Of a stretch of DNA of 64,000 bases, positions 55,448 to 63,119 are shown piece by piece (the first letter of the stretch is position 1; the number at the start of each line of letters is the position of its first letter). This DNA comes from Terriglobales bacterium (lineage in GTDB: Bacteria; Acidobacteriota; Terriglobia; Terriglobales; Acidobacteriaceae), in assembly GCA_963700175.1 (NCBI GenBank), contig CAVOWN010000015.1, forward strand, positions 275,475-339,474, written 5' to 3'. Made by a program: the position numbers and the translations under genes. The notes below the pieces were generated by a model. The model was not told the DNA's origin and searched no databases. It was given only the letters and a program-made list of their open reading frames with translations.

Positions 55448-56200
55448 TCAGTTTTTTTTTACTTTGCGTTCCTTTGTGTCCCCTGTGGCTGCCTGAGCTT
55501 TCGAATTATTCCTATCGAGTTTCGCCAGGGTCTCTGCAAGCCACGGCGCTTTGACTTTGCCTGACGCCGCTTTGCTACTTTTCCACTTGGCCGCATCTTC
55601 GGCGCCTGCGACCTGCGCCATGGTTTTTCTACTGAGCACCGAAGTATCGAATTTATCGATGTCATATCCCTCGACAACAAACTCATCGTGCTTCTTGATC
55701 AGCAACCACTCATTGCCTTTACTGCCCGGACGCCGCGCCTTGATGTGGATCATCGCGAAATCGCCGTTCAGCCGCTTCCCGTGCAGGCGTATCTTGAAGT
55801 CGCCCTTCTTCAGCATCGCTTCAGCCTCGGCATCCGTGCCGGCGACATACTTCCCTTTCGCCGGCTCCGGAGCTAGCGGTTCCCATGTCCCCACATCCCA
55901 AACCATCACCGTACCCGCACCGTAGTTGTCCTCGGGAATGATGCCTTCGAAATCGAAGTACGACACCGGATGGTCTTCCACCTGCATGGCGAGCCGCTTG
56001 TCGGCAGGGTCAAGCGAGGGGCCTTTCGGTACGGCCCACGACTTCAGAACACCATCCATTTCGAGGCGGAAGTCGTAATGCAGTCGGGTCGCACGATGCC
56101 TCTGCACCACGAAACGGTGTTTCGATTTTTTTTCGATTTTCGGTGGAGGCTCGGGAGTCTCGGCAAATCGGCGTTTGCGTTTATATTCCTCAAGGGCCAT
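55448..56200 (-). CDS. LigD 3'-phosphoesterase (PE) domain protein
   Basis: [19 protein letters not shown]...[14 protein letters not shown]...EDHP...[13 protein letters not shown] is the LigD PE signature. The Lys-rich C-terminus ends in an A9 run. Confidence 0.88.
   Translation of the reverse strand: MALEEYKRKRRFAETPEPPPKIEKKSKHRFVVQRHRATRLHYDFRLEMDGVLKSWAVPKGPSLDPADKRLAMQVEDHPVSYFDFEGIIPEDNYGAGTVMVWDVGTWEPLAPEPAKGKYVAGTDAEAEAMLKKGDFKIRLHGKRLNGDFAMIHIKARRPGSKGNEWLLIKKHDEFVVEGYDIDKFDTSVLSRKTMAQVAGAEDAAKWKSSKAASGKVKAPWLAETLAKLDRNNSKAQAATGDTKERKVKKN
55451..55460 (-). other. A9 homopolymer / A_AAA_AAC slippery heptamer directly before the PE stop codon
   Basis: The minus strand reads gta aaa aaa aac TGA, which is nine consecutive A (T9 on the plus strand, 55452-55460). 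In the zero frame the last seven form X_XXY_YYZ = A_AAA_AAC. Confidence 0.6.
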
Positions 56201-56357
56201 CGAAGCATTTTACCTGCACCGCCAAAGAACCGCCCGAGCGGGGGCTGTGAATGGAACGATGCCGCGCTTGCGGTATAATCCGCGCAAAAGAAGCAGAGAA
56301 GTTTTTGCTTCCTGCGATGACCTCATTCTTTGAATGTTCCAGTGGAAGAGCTAATTT

Positions 56358-56924
56358 ATGCCCCCAGACCAACAGTTCGTTACCCAACTCCTTCAGCAAT
56401 GGGGAGACGGTAACAAAGAGGCCCTCGACCAGTTGATGCCCGTGGTCTATGAGCAATTGCATCGGTTGGCATCGCACTGCCTGCGCGGCGAGCGTTCAGA
56501 CCACACCTTGCGCGCTACCGATCTGGTCCATGAAGCCTACGTGCGACTCGTGGACGCTGACGTTGCATGGCAAGACCGAGTACACTTCTTTGCGGTCTCG
56601 GCGCGGCTCCTCCGCCGTATCCTCGTCGATCACGCAAAGTCGCACAACCGCCAAAAACGAGGAGGCGGTGCCGAAAAAATCCCCCTCGACGAGGCGGTGA
56701 TGATTGGCCCCCAGGGAACGGGAGGCATCGTCGAGCTCGATGAAGCGCTACAGCGCCTGGCTGCGCTCGATCAACGCAAGAGCGAACTGATCGAGCTGCT
56801 GTTTTTCGGTGGCCTCACTTATGACGAGGCGGCGGCGGCACTGAAAATTTCTCCCGCCACGGTACACCGCGAATTGAAAATGGCCAAAGCATGGCTGCAT
56901 CACGAACTGGCCGAGCCCGCTTAG
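56358..56924 (+). CDS. ECF sigma factor of the TIGR02999-like type (N-terminal TQLLQQWGDGNKEALDQL motif)
   Basis: The N-terminus VTQLLQQWGDGNKEALDQLMPVVYEQLHRLA...LRATDLVHEAYVRL is characteristic of this ECF group. The region 4 HTH reads LTYDEAAAALKISPATVHRELKMAKAWL. Confidence 0.8.
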   Translation: MPPDQQFVTQLLQQWGDGNKEALDQLMPVVYEQLHRLASHCLRGERSDHTLRATDLVHEAYVRLVDADVAWQDRVHFFAVSARLLRRILVDHAKSHNRQKRGGGAEKIPLDEAVMIGPQGTGGIVELDEALQRLAALDQRKSELIELLFFGGLTYDEAAAALKISPATVHRELKMAKAWLHHELAEPA

Positions 56925-56936
56925 GGTTGTCGAAGC

Positions 56937-57380
56937 TCAGCGCGAATGGTACGCGGCGCGCAACAGGAACATCTCATCGACAGATTGCTGTTCCCGCCGA
57001 AGCTGTTCCCTTTGATTGGCTTCTCGTTGGTGGCGGAGTAGGGTTTCGACCATTTCGCGCGACTGCCGCGCCTGCAACAAGCATCGCATCTGTAGATTGC
57101 GTTGGATCACCTCCGCCGCAAGTTTCGCTTGCAGAATCCGGCCGTGCGCCGCCAGGGTAGATCGGCAAAGTTCATCAAAGTGTAGTTCCGAAGCTCGCAG
57201 GATGCCGGCTAGCTTTTCTCGCTCTTGATTCATGTGTCTTCTGAGTCGGCCTTCGATCTCAGAGATTCTCTCTTGTAAGCCTCCGACCCGTTGGTTCAGT
57301 TCCTGCAGCAGAAGTTCCTGCTGGCGCTCTTCGCTTAACCGTAATTTCTGAAGTGTTTCGAGTCCCGATCGAGGCGCCAT
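56937..57380 (-). CDS. fliJ: flagellar export chaperone FliJ-like coiled-coil protein
   Basis: It is 147 aa, highly charged and coiled-coil (Q/E/R-rich). It lies immediately downstream of fliI with a 2-nt gap, which is the canonical fliJ position. Confidence 0.6.
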   Translation of the reverse strand: MAPRSGLETLQKLRLSEERQQELLLQELNQRVGGLQERISEIEGRLRRHMNQEREKLAGILRASELHFDELCRSTLAAHGRILQAKLAAEVIQRNLQMRCLLQARQSREMVETLLRHQREANQREQLRREQQSVDEMFLLRAAYHSR

Positions 57381-57382
57381 TT

Positions 57383-58696
57383 CTAGACCGGAATCGCCAG
57401 AAGTTGATCGATATTCAGTTGCAGCGCGACCGCCTCGTTCGGGCCTTGTTCAAGAAACGCGTTTAGCCGGGGGAGCACTGCCAGCGCCTTGTCCAGAGTG
57501 GGATCGCTTCCTTTTTGATAAGCGCCAATCCGCACCAGGTCCTCCGACGCCGCGTAGGCAGCCAGCAGGCGACGCAATGCCTGGGCCCGTTGAAGATGTG
57601 GCGCAGAGCAAACCATTGGCATAAGCCGGCTAATGCTATCGAGAATTGCGATCGGAGGATAATGATTTTGCGCGGCCAGCCTTCGGTCCAGCATGATATG
57701 TCCGTCGAGCAGAGCCCGGGCTCCGTCGACCAGGGGATCCTGCTGATCGTCGCCTTCCATCAACACAGTATAAAAAGCTGTAATACTGCCGCTGTCGAAT
57801 TTTCCTGCCCGCTCAATCAGCCTGGCCATCATGGTGAATACCGAGGGAGTGTAGCCTTTGGCTGTCGGAGGTTCTCCTGCGGCCAATCCGATCTCGCGCT
57901 GCGCCATGGCAAGTCGCGTCAGCGAGTCGACTACCAGGAGTACGTTCTTGCCCTGCGAGGAAAAATATTCCGCAATGGTAGTCGCCGCCAGAGCCGCACG
58001 AATGCGCAAAAGCGGGGACTGGTCGGAAGTCGAAACCACGACCACGGTGCGCTTTCTTCCTTCCTCGCCCAGAGCCTCCTCCAAAAAGTGTCGCACCTCA
58101 CGGCCGCGCTCCCCGACCAGCGCCAGAACCGTGAGATCGGCGTTCGTATTACGGGCCATCATCCCGATCAGCGTGCTTTTGCCCACGCCGCTGCCGCCGA
58201 AAATTCCGATGCGTTGTCCGCGGCCACATGTCAGGAATCCGTCGACTGCCCGGATGCCGCAACCCAGCGCCTCATGAATCAAACTTCTTTCCAACGGCAA
58301 AGGTGCAGCGGTATCCAGCAAGCGGCGGGAGTTTCCGACGCGGGGATTAGAATCCAGCGGCTCCCCAACTCCGTCGATTACGCGTCCCAATAGCCCATCT
58401 CCCACGCGCAGCGTGGGACGCTCGCCCCAGGTTACCACCGAGTCTCCAAATCGAATTCCAGTTGGCCGCTCCAGTGGCATGGAGAGTACAGTCGTGCCAC
58501 GGAACCCGACAATTTCTCCCGGAAAGATGCGCCCCTCTGCATTGACAATTTCGCATTGTTCTCCTACCGAGCAGAAAGGGCCATCCGACTCGACCAGTTG
58601 TCCGGTGACTTGGCTGACTCGTCCGCGCCAGCGCAGGGCTGAACAGGCTGCCAAACGGTCGCGATAAGAAGAGAGCGAACTTGAGGGCGTCGTCAT
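57383..58696 (-). CDS. fliI: flagellum-specific type III secretion ATPase FliI
   Basis: It has Walker A GGSGVGKST, Walker B LLVVDSLTR and F1-ATPase-like architecture. The gene context is flagellar. Confidence 0.92.
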   Translation of the reverse strand: MTTPSSSLSSYRDRLAACSALRWRGRVSQVTGQLVESDGPFCSVGEQCEIVNAEGRIFPGEIVGFRGTTVLSMPLERPTGIRFGDSVVTWGERPTLRVGDGLLGRVIDGVGEPLDSNPRVGNSRRLLDTAAPLPLERSLIHEALGCGIRAVDGFLTCGRGQRIGIFGGSGVGKSTLIGMMARNTNADLTVLALVGERGREVRHFLEEALGEEGRKRTVVVVSTSDQSPLLRIRAALAATTIAEYFSSQGKNVLLVVDSLTRLAMAQREIGLAAGEPPTAKGYTPSVFTMMARLIERAGKFDSGSITAFYTVLMEGDDQQDPLVDGARALLDGHIMLDRRLAAQNHYPPIAILDSISRLMPMVCSAPHLQRAQALRRLLAAYAASEDLVRIGAYQKGSDPTLDKALAVLPRLNAFLEQGPNEAVALQLNIDQLLAIPV

Positions 58697-59358
58697 TTCG
58701 AGGCGTCCGGACGGCTAGCCAGCAGGTCGCACAGGCCCTGTTCGATTTCCTTCAATTGTGCGTTGATCCCGATCTCGGTAGTCCCGAGCGTGGTCTGCAA
58801 TACACAACATTCCTTCGCTACTGTCGCGTCTTCCAGCACCTCGAAAGTGTCTTGTGTCTCCATGTGATGGGCAAAATAGCTGCGAAACTCGGAAACCTGC
58901 TGCGGATGGACCCGCATTGTAGTTTTAGTACTAGACTCAATTCTCTGTAACGCCACGTGTACCATGCCCGCCAGCAATAGCGGATCCAATTGCGACTCGC
59001 GGTGCAAGACCTTGCGGGCGATGCTCAAAGCAAGCCGCACCACCTCACCTTCCACTTGCTGGAAATAGATTCGCCGTTCCGCGGCCAAGCTCGCCAGCGC
59101 GTCCCGCACGCTCGTCCGAATCTGGGTTAGTCGCGCTTCATACTCGGCCCGAGCCCGGCCTTCGCCCTCCTGGCGGGCTTGTTCCTTAATTGCTGAGTCC
59201 CGTCTCGAAGCCTCAGTCGCCAAGTCTTTTTCCGGAACTTGTGTTGATCGCGACCCCGCGTCGGTCGCCGCGGAGAGCGCTGGCAGTTCAGGATAGGGGA
59301 AGGAGTCCACACCTGGACTCGGCATCGGCTCGGGAGCCGGACTAGACGACGTATTCAT
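58693..59358 (-). CDS. fliH: flagellar assembly protein FliH
   Basis: It is 221 aa with a charged coiled-coil N-half and a C-terminal FliH/YscL-like domain. It lies between fliG and fliI and overlaps both. Confidence 0.7.
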   Translation of the reverse strand: MNTSSSPAPEPMPSPGVDSFPYPELPALSAATDAGSRSTQVPEKDLATEASRRDSAIKEQARQEGEGRARAEYEARLTQIRTSVRDALASLAAERRIYFQQVEGEVVRLALSIARKVLHRESQLDPLLLAGMVHVALQRIESSTKTTMRVHPQQVSEFRSYFAHHMETQDTFEVLEDATVAKECCVLQTTLGTTEIGINAQLKEIEQGLCDLLASRPDASK

Positions 59359-60364
59359 CCTCGTCTCCTCCGAGGCTAATCTTGCCCTCTGCTTCCAACT
59401 TACGCGCCACAGCGACAGCCTCCTGCTGCGCTTGATTCACATCCTTCGAGCGGACCGGACCAAGCACCTCCATGTCTTCCTTCAACATCTCGACTGCGCG
59501 CGATGACATCGATTTGAAGATATACGTCTTAAGATCTTCGCCCGCTCCCCGCAAAGCCATGGCTAGAGTTTTCTTGTCCAACTGGCCGAGCCATTCGCGA
59601 ATACCACTCTCCGGAACCCCGATCAGGTCCTGGAAAGTGAACATCAGATTGCGGATATTGAGTGCGACCTTGGGGTCGTCTTTTTCGATGGCCTCAAGAA
59701 TCACCTTGGTCTGATTGGGGTCCATACCATTCAGCAAATCCGCGACCCCTTGAAACCCTTCGTAGGCCCTGCGGTGCTGTTCGCCGAGGGCCGCCAGACG
59801 CTCATGCAACGCCAGCGACACCTTCTGTGCGATTTCCGGCGAGAACATCCGCAGCTGGGCCATACGTTTCACCGATTCTGCTCGCAAGTTTTCCGGAAGC
59901 TTCATCAGCAGGGCACAAGCCGGCTTGGCATCCAGGTGGGCGAGGATCAGCGCGATGGTTTGCGGGTGTTCAACCTCCAGAAATTTTGCCAACTGCTGCG
60001 GGTCGGCTTTTTGCAGCGAGTCGAGCTTGCCGGCGCTCATCTCGGCGGCTTGTGAAACCTGCTTCAGGAGTTGTTTTGCTCCGTCTTCACCGAATGCCTT
60101 CACCAGAAGTTTTCGCGCGTACTCCGTCCCGCCTTGCTGCACATAGTCTTGGGTGATTGCCATGCGATGGTATTCTTCCAGGACGTTCAGGGCCGTCTGC
60201 GGATCAATATGGTGCAGTTCCGCGATGGTCTGGGTCAACCGTTCCAGATCCTGTTCGGCGAGATGCCGGTAGATTTGGCTTGCCGTTTCCTCTCCCAGAA
60301 GCACTAGCAGGATCGCCGCTTTGGCTGTACCCGAGATGGCATGGCGCGCTGTAGACTCCGTCAT
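59342..60364 (-). CDS. fliG: flagellar motor switch protein FliG
   Basis: AKAAILLVLLGEETASQIYRHL ... MFTFQDL ... torque-helix region EDMEVLGPVR..DVNQAQQEAVAVARKLEAEG matches the FliG pattern. Confidence 0.9.
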   Translation of the reverse strand: MTESTARHAISGTAKAAILLVLLGEETASQIYRHLAEQDLERLTQTIAELHHIDPQTALNVLEEYHRMAITQDYVQQGGTEYARKLLVKAFGEDGAKQLLKQVSQAAEMSAGKLDSLQKADPQQLAKFLEVEHPQTIALILAHLDAKPACALLMKLPENLRAESVKRMAQLRMFSPEIAQKVSLALHERLAALGEQHRRAYEGFQGVADLLNGMDPNQTKVILEAIEKDDPKVALNIRNLMFTFQDLIGVPESGIREWLGQLDKKTLAMALRGAGEDLKTYIFKSMSSRAVEMLKEDMEVLGPVRSKDVNQAQQEAVAVARKLEAEGKISLGGDEDEYVV

Positions 60365-61959
60365 TTTGCGGTCTCGCGGATCCAGCCCTGCACCAGCCGG
60401 CTGGCAGCTTCTGGCTCAGATTTCACTTTTTCCGCCAGTTGCTTTTTCAGCGCTCCGGCGCGTCTAGCCTGCTCCGCACCCGCCGGCAATTCGACGTCGA
60501 CTGCGGCGCTTGCCCCAGCCAGATTGTTCACTCCACTCTTGCTGATCCGCGCAGGCAATTCGCGAAACGCGGTTAGGACCTGTTTTTTCAACGGACGCAG
60601 CATGAGGAAATACACGATCAAGAAGAGTGCGAAAATGCCCGCATAACGTAGTAGGCCCGACCACTGTACGAGCAGGCTCCGGGTTTTCTCGATCTTGGTT
60701 GGAGGGGCCAATTTCTCTACCGGTATTTCCCGGAAAGAAAGGTTCTGCACTGAGATCAAGTCTCCGCGCTGCGGGTCGGTTCCGATGGCCGCGGCGGTCA
60801 ATTGCTCGATCTGTTTCAGTTCCTCTGGAGTCCGCTTGCGGCGCGCCGCGTTCCCGGTCCCGGCATTTTCGACCGCATCGTCTACCAGCACGGCCGCGGT
60901 TATTCTCTTCACGTCCCCCGCCGGACGCACGACGTGATGCACCGTCTTGCTCACAGCGAAGGTTTCGCTTTCCGAACGAGTAGCCTGCGAATCGTTATTC
61001 GCGACTATCGTCTTGGCTGGGGTCGAGCCCGGAAGATTACTGGCGGTTCCGGGGATGCCTGCAGGCAAGGCCCCTCCTGCCGTCTCTTCTGATTTCTGTT
61101 GTGTAAGCGTCGCGCTCTTAGTGGGATCGTAAATCTCATCGGTATTTTCGCTGGTACTCAGTTCATAGTCCACATGCACGCTGGCTCGCACGTGCTCCGC
61201 CCCCACAACAGGCTCCAGCGTTCGCAAAACCGTCTTTTCGAGTTCCTGGTCGAGGTCTGAACCCGATCGTTGCCCACTGCGCCCCCCAGGATGCAGCAAG
61301 GGCGTGTTGGTGTCGGCGTCGATGACCGTGACATTCTCCGGGCGCAGTCCATCCACAGCACTCGCCACTAACTGTGGAATTGCCAGTTGTGCGTGCTCGG
61401 ACAGGTTTCCCCCGCGCGTCTTCAGAATCACCGCCGCCTTGGCCTCTCGTTCTTCCTCGGTGAACAGCGACTCCCGCGGCATCACCAGATGTACCCTCAC
61501 CGCCTCGACCTCGCTCATGGTTTGCAGCGTCCGCTCCAGTTCCCCTTCCAACGCGCGCTGATAATTTACCTTCTCAGTGAAATCAGAACCTGACCAGTTA
61601 GGCGTGTCGAAGATTTCGAACCCCAGGCGCGCATTGTGTGGCAGGCCCTGCGAGGCAGTCTCCAACCGGGCGGCGTCGAGTTGTTCGGAGGCCACCAGAA
61701 GGCTGCTGCCGTCCGGCGACAATTCATAAGCGATGCTTTTCGCAGCCAAGCGACTACCCATGGCCTGAGCGTCCGCGGGTTTCAGGCCCGAATAGAGGGT
61801 CGTCATTTTCGGTTTCCCGATCAGGTTTACGAAACCCCATAGCGTAATTCCGACCAGGGCGGCGCCAGCGGCCATCAGCATTCTCTGCTTGGTAGTGAGC
61901 CCGCGCAACATCTGCCCGGCCTGGTTCACCACATCGCCAAAAGTCTTGGGTGCTGCCAT
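60361..61959 (-). CDS. fliF: flagellar M-ring protein FliF
   Basis: It is 532 aa with an N-terminal TM segment, a periplasmic ring-building region (LYSGL...AQAMGSRLAAKSIAYEL...) and a second TM segment near the C-terminus. Confidence 0.9.
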   Translation of the reverse strand: MAAPKTFGDVVNQAGQMLRGLTTKQRMLMAAGAALVGITLWGFVNLIGKPKMTTLYSGLKPADAQAMGSRLAAKSIAYELSPDGSSLLVASEQLDAARLETASQGLPHNARLGFEIFDTPNWSGSDFTEKVNYQRALEGELERTLQTMSEVEAVRVHLVMPRESLFTEEEREAKAAVILKTRGGNLSEHAQLAIPQLVASAVDGLRPENVTVIDADTNTPLLHPGGRSGQRSGSDLDQELEKTVLRTLEPVVGAEHVRASVHVDYELSTSENTDEIYDPTKSATLTQQKSEETAGGALPAGIPGTASNLPGSTPAKTIVANNDSQATRSESETFAVSKTVHHVVRPAGDVKRITAAVLVDDAVENAGTGNAARRKRTPEELKQIEQLTAAAIGTDPQRGDLISVQNLSFREIPVEKLAPPTKIEKTRSLLVQWSGLLRYAGIFALFLIVYFLMLRPLKKQVLTAFRELPARISKSGVNNLAGASAAVDVELPAGAEQARRAGALKKQLAEKVKSEPEAASRLVQGWIRETAK

Positions 61960-61983
61960 GAAATTCTCCGCGCGGCTACGTCA

Positions 61984-62280
61984 TTAGAACTGCATACGCG
62001 AAATCTCCTGATACGCCGACACGATCTTATTGCGCACTTGCATCATCAACTGAAATGAAAGGTCCGCTTTTTCCACCGCAATCATGGCGGAGTGAACGTC
62101 CATCCCATTACCGTTTAACAAAGCTGAAACCTTGTTGTCCGCGGCTCCCTGCAACTGCTCCACTTGGTCCATCGCCCCGCGCAGGGTCTCAGTAAATCCC
62201 CATTCGCGCGGCGTCACCTTGGAAGATGCGACACCTGATTCGCTTGGCAGGATTCGCAGGCTCGAAACCGGGTCCGTCAT
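61984..62280 (-). CDS. fliE: flagellar hook-basal body complex protein FliE
   Basis: It is 98 aa. The C-terminus AMIAVEKADLSFQLMMQVRNKIVSAYQEISRMQF is the FliE signature. Confidence 0.88.
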   Translation of the reverse strand: MTDPVSSLRILPSESGVASSKVTPREWGFTETLRGAMDQVEQLQGAADNKVSALLNGNGMDVHSAMIAVEKADLSFQLMMQVRNKIVSAYQEISRMQF

Positions 62281-62322
62281 GTTCTTCTCCTTCTTGAACT
62301 GCTCCGCGTCGCTCCGGACTCG

Positions 62323-62766
62323 CTATCGCAACAGGTCCAGGGACTGCGAGATCATCGACTTGGTCGCCGCCACGGCCGATGCGTTCAGCTCATAAGCCCG
62401 TACCGCGCCCAGCAAGTCAGCCGTTTCCTCCACCGGATCGATCGCCGGATACGCGACATAGCCGTTGGCGTCCGCATCCGGATGGCCGGGCTGATAGCGT
62501 TGGACGGCGGGCCGCGGATCGGCGACCACCTGGTCGATGCTTACCCCGGTGGAGGCCCCGCCCGATGCCATTCCCGTCCCCGCCAGCATCATGCCAAAAT
62601 GTGGCATCCGCTGAGCGCGAAACACCACCAGTTGACGCTGATACGGCCCACCTTGTGGAGTGCGAGTAGTCTCCGCATTCGCCATGTTGCTGGTCACCAC
62701 CTCAGCCCGTTGCCGCTCCGCAGTCAGAGCCGACGCGCTTACGTCGAGCATGCCGAAAAGATTCAT
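62323..62766 (-). CDS. flgC: flagellar basal-body rod protein FlgC
   Basis: The N-terminus SASALTAERQRAEVVTSNMANAETTRT and the C-terminal rod motif YVAYPAIDPVEE...AYELN match FlgC. Confidence 0.9.
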   Translation of the reverse strand: MNLFGMLDVSASALTAERQRAEVVTSNMANAETTRTPQGGPYQRQLVVFRAQRMPHFGMMLAGTGMASGGASTGVSIDQVVADPRPAVQRYQPGHPDADANGYVAYPAIDPVEETADLLGAVRAYELNASAVAATKSMISQSLDLLR

Positions 62767-63119
62767 TGCGCGCTCCCTTCGTGAATGGCACTTGACAACA
62801 TTTTGAAACGGTCGCGTAGAAGTTGTACGCAGGCATTGAAGCGCAACTGCGTGTCAGCCAGCAGCATGCTTTCCCGCTCCAGGTTCACGTTGTTTCCGTC
62901 CGGGCGTTCGATCAGTCCGCCGATCTGACGCACCGCCGGGGTGAAGACCGCATCTTGGGGACCGCTCGCCGCTCGTTCCAACTCCTGACTGAAATTCAGG
63001 TCGCGGGTGCGATATCCGGGGGTATCGACATTCGCCATATTAGAGAGAATCAGACCGCTGCGAAATACGCTGACATCCAGAAATCGGCTCAACGCATCGA
63101 TTGAAGGATCATTCAACAT
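62763..63119 (-). CDS. flgB: flagellar basal-body rod protein FlgB
   Basis: I chose the ATG at 63119, preceded by [23 protein letters not shown] and the C-terminal [19 protein letters not shown] are FlgB motifs. The stop overlaps the flgC start. Confidence 0.85.
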   Translation of the reverse strand: MLNDPSIDALSRFLDVSVFRSGLILSNMANVDTPGYRTRDLNFSQELERAASGPQDAVFTPAVRQIGGLIERPDGNNVNLERESMLLADTQLRFNACVQLLRDRFKMLSSAIHEGSAQ

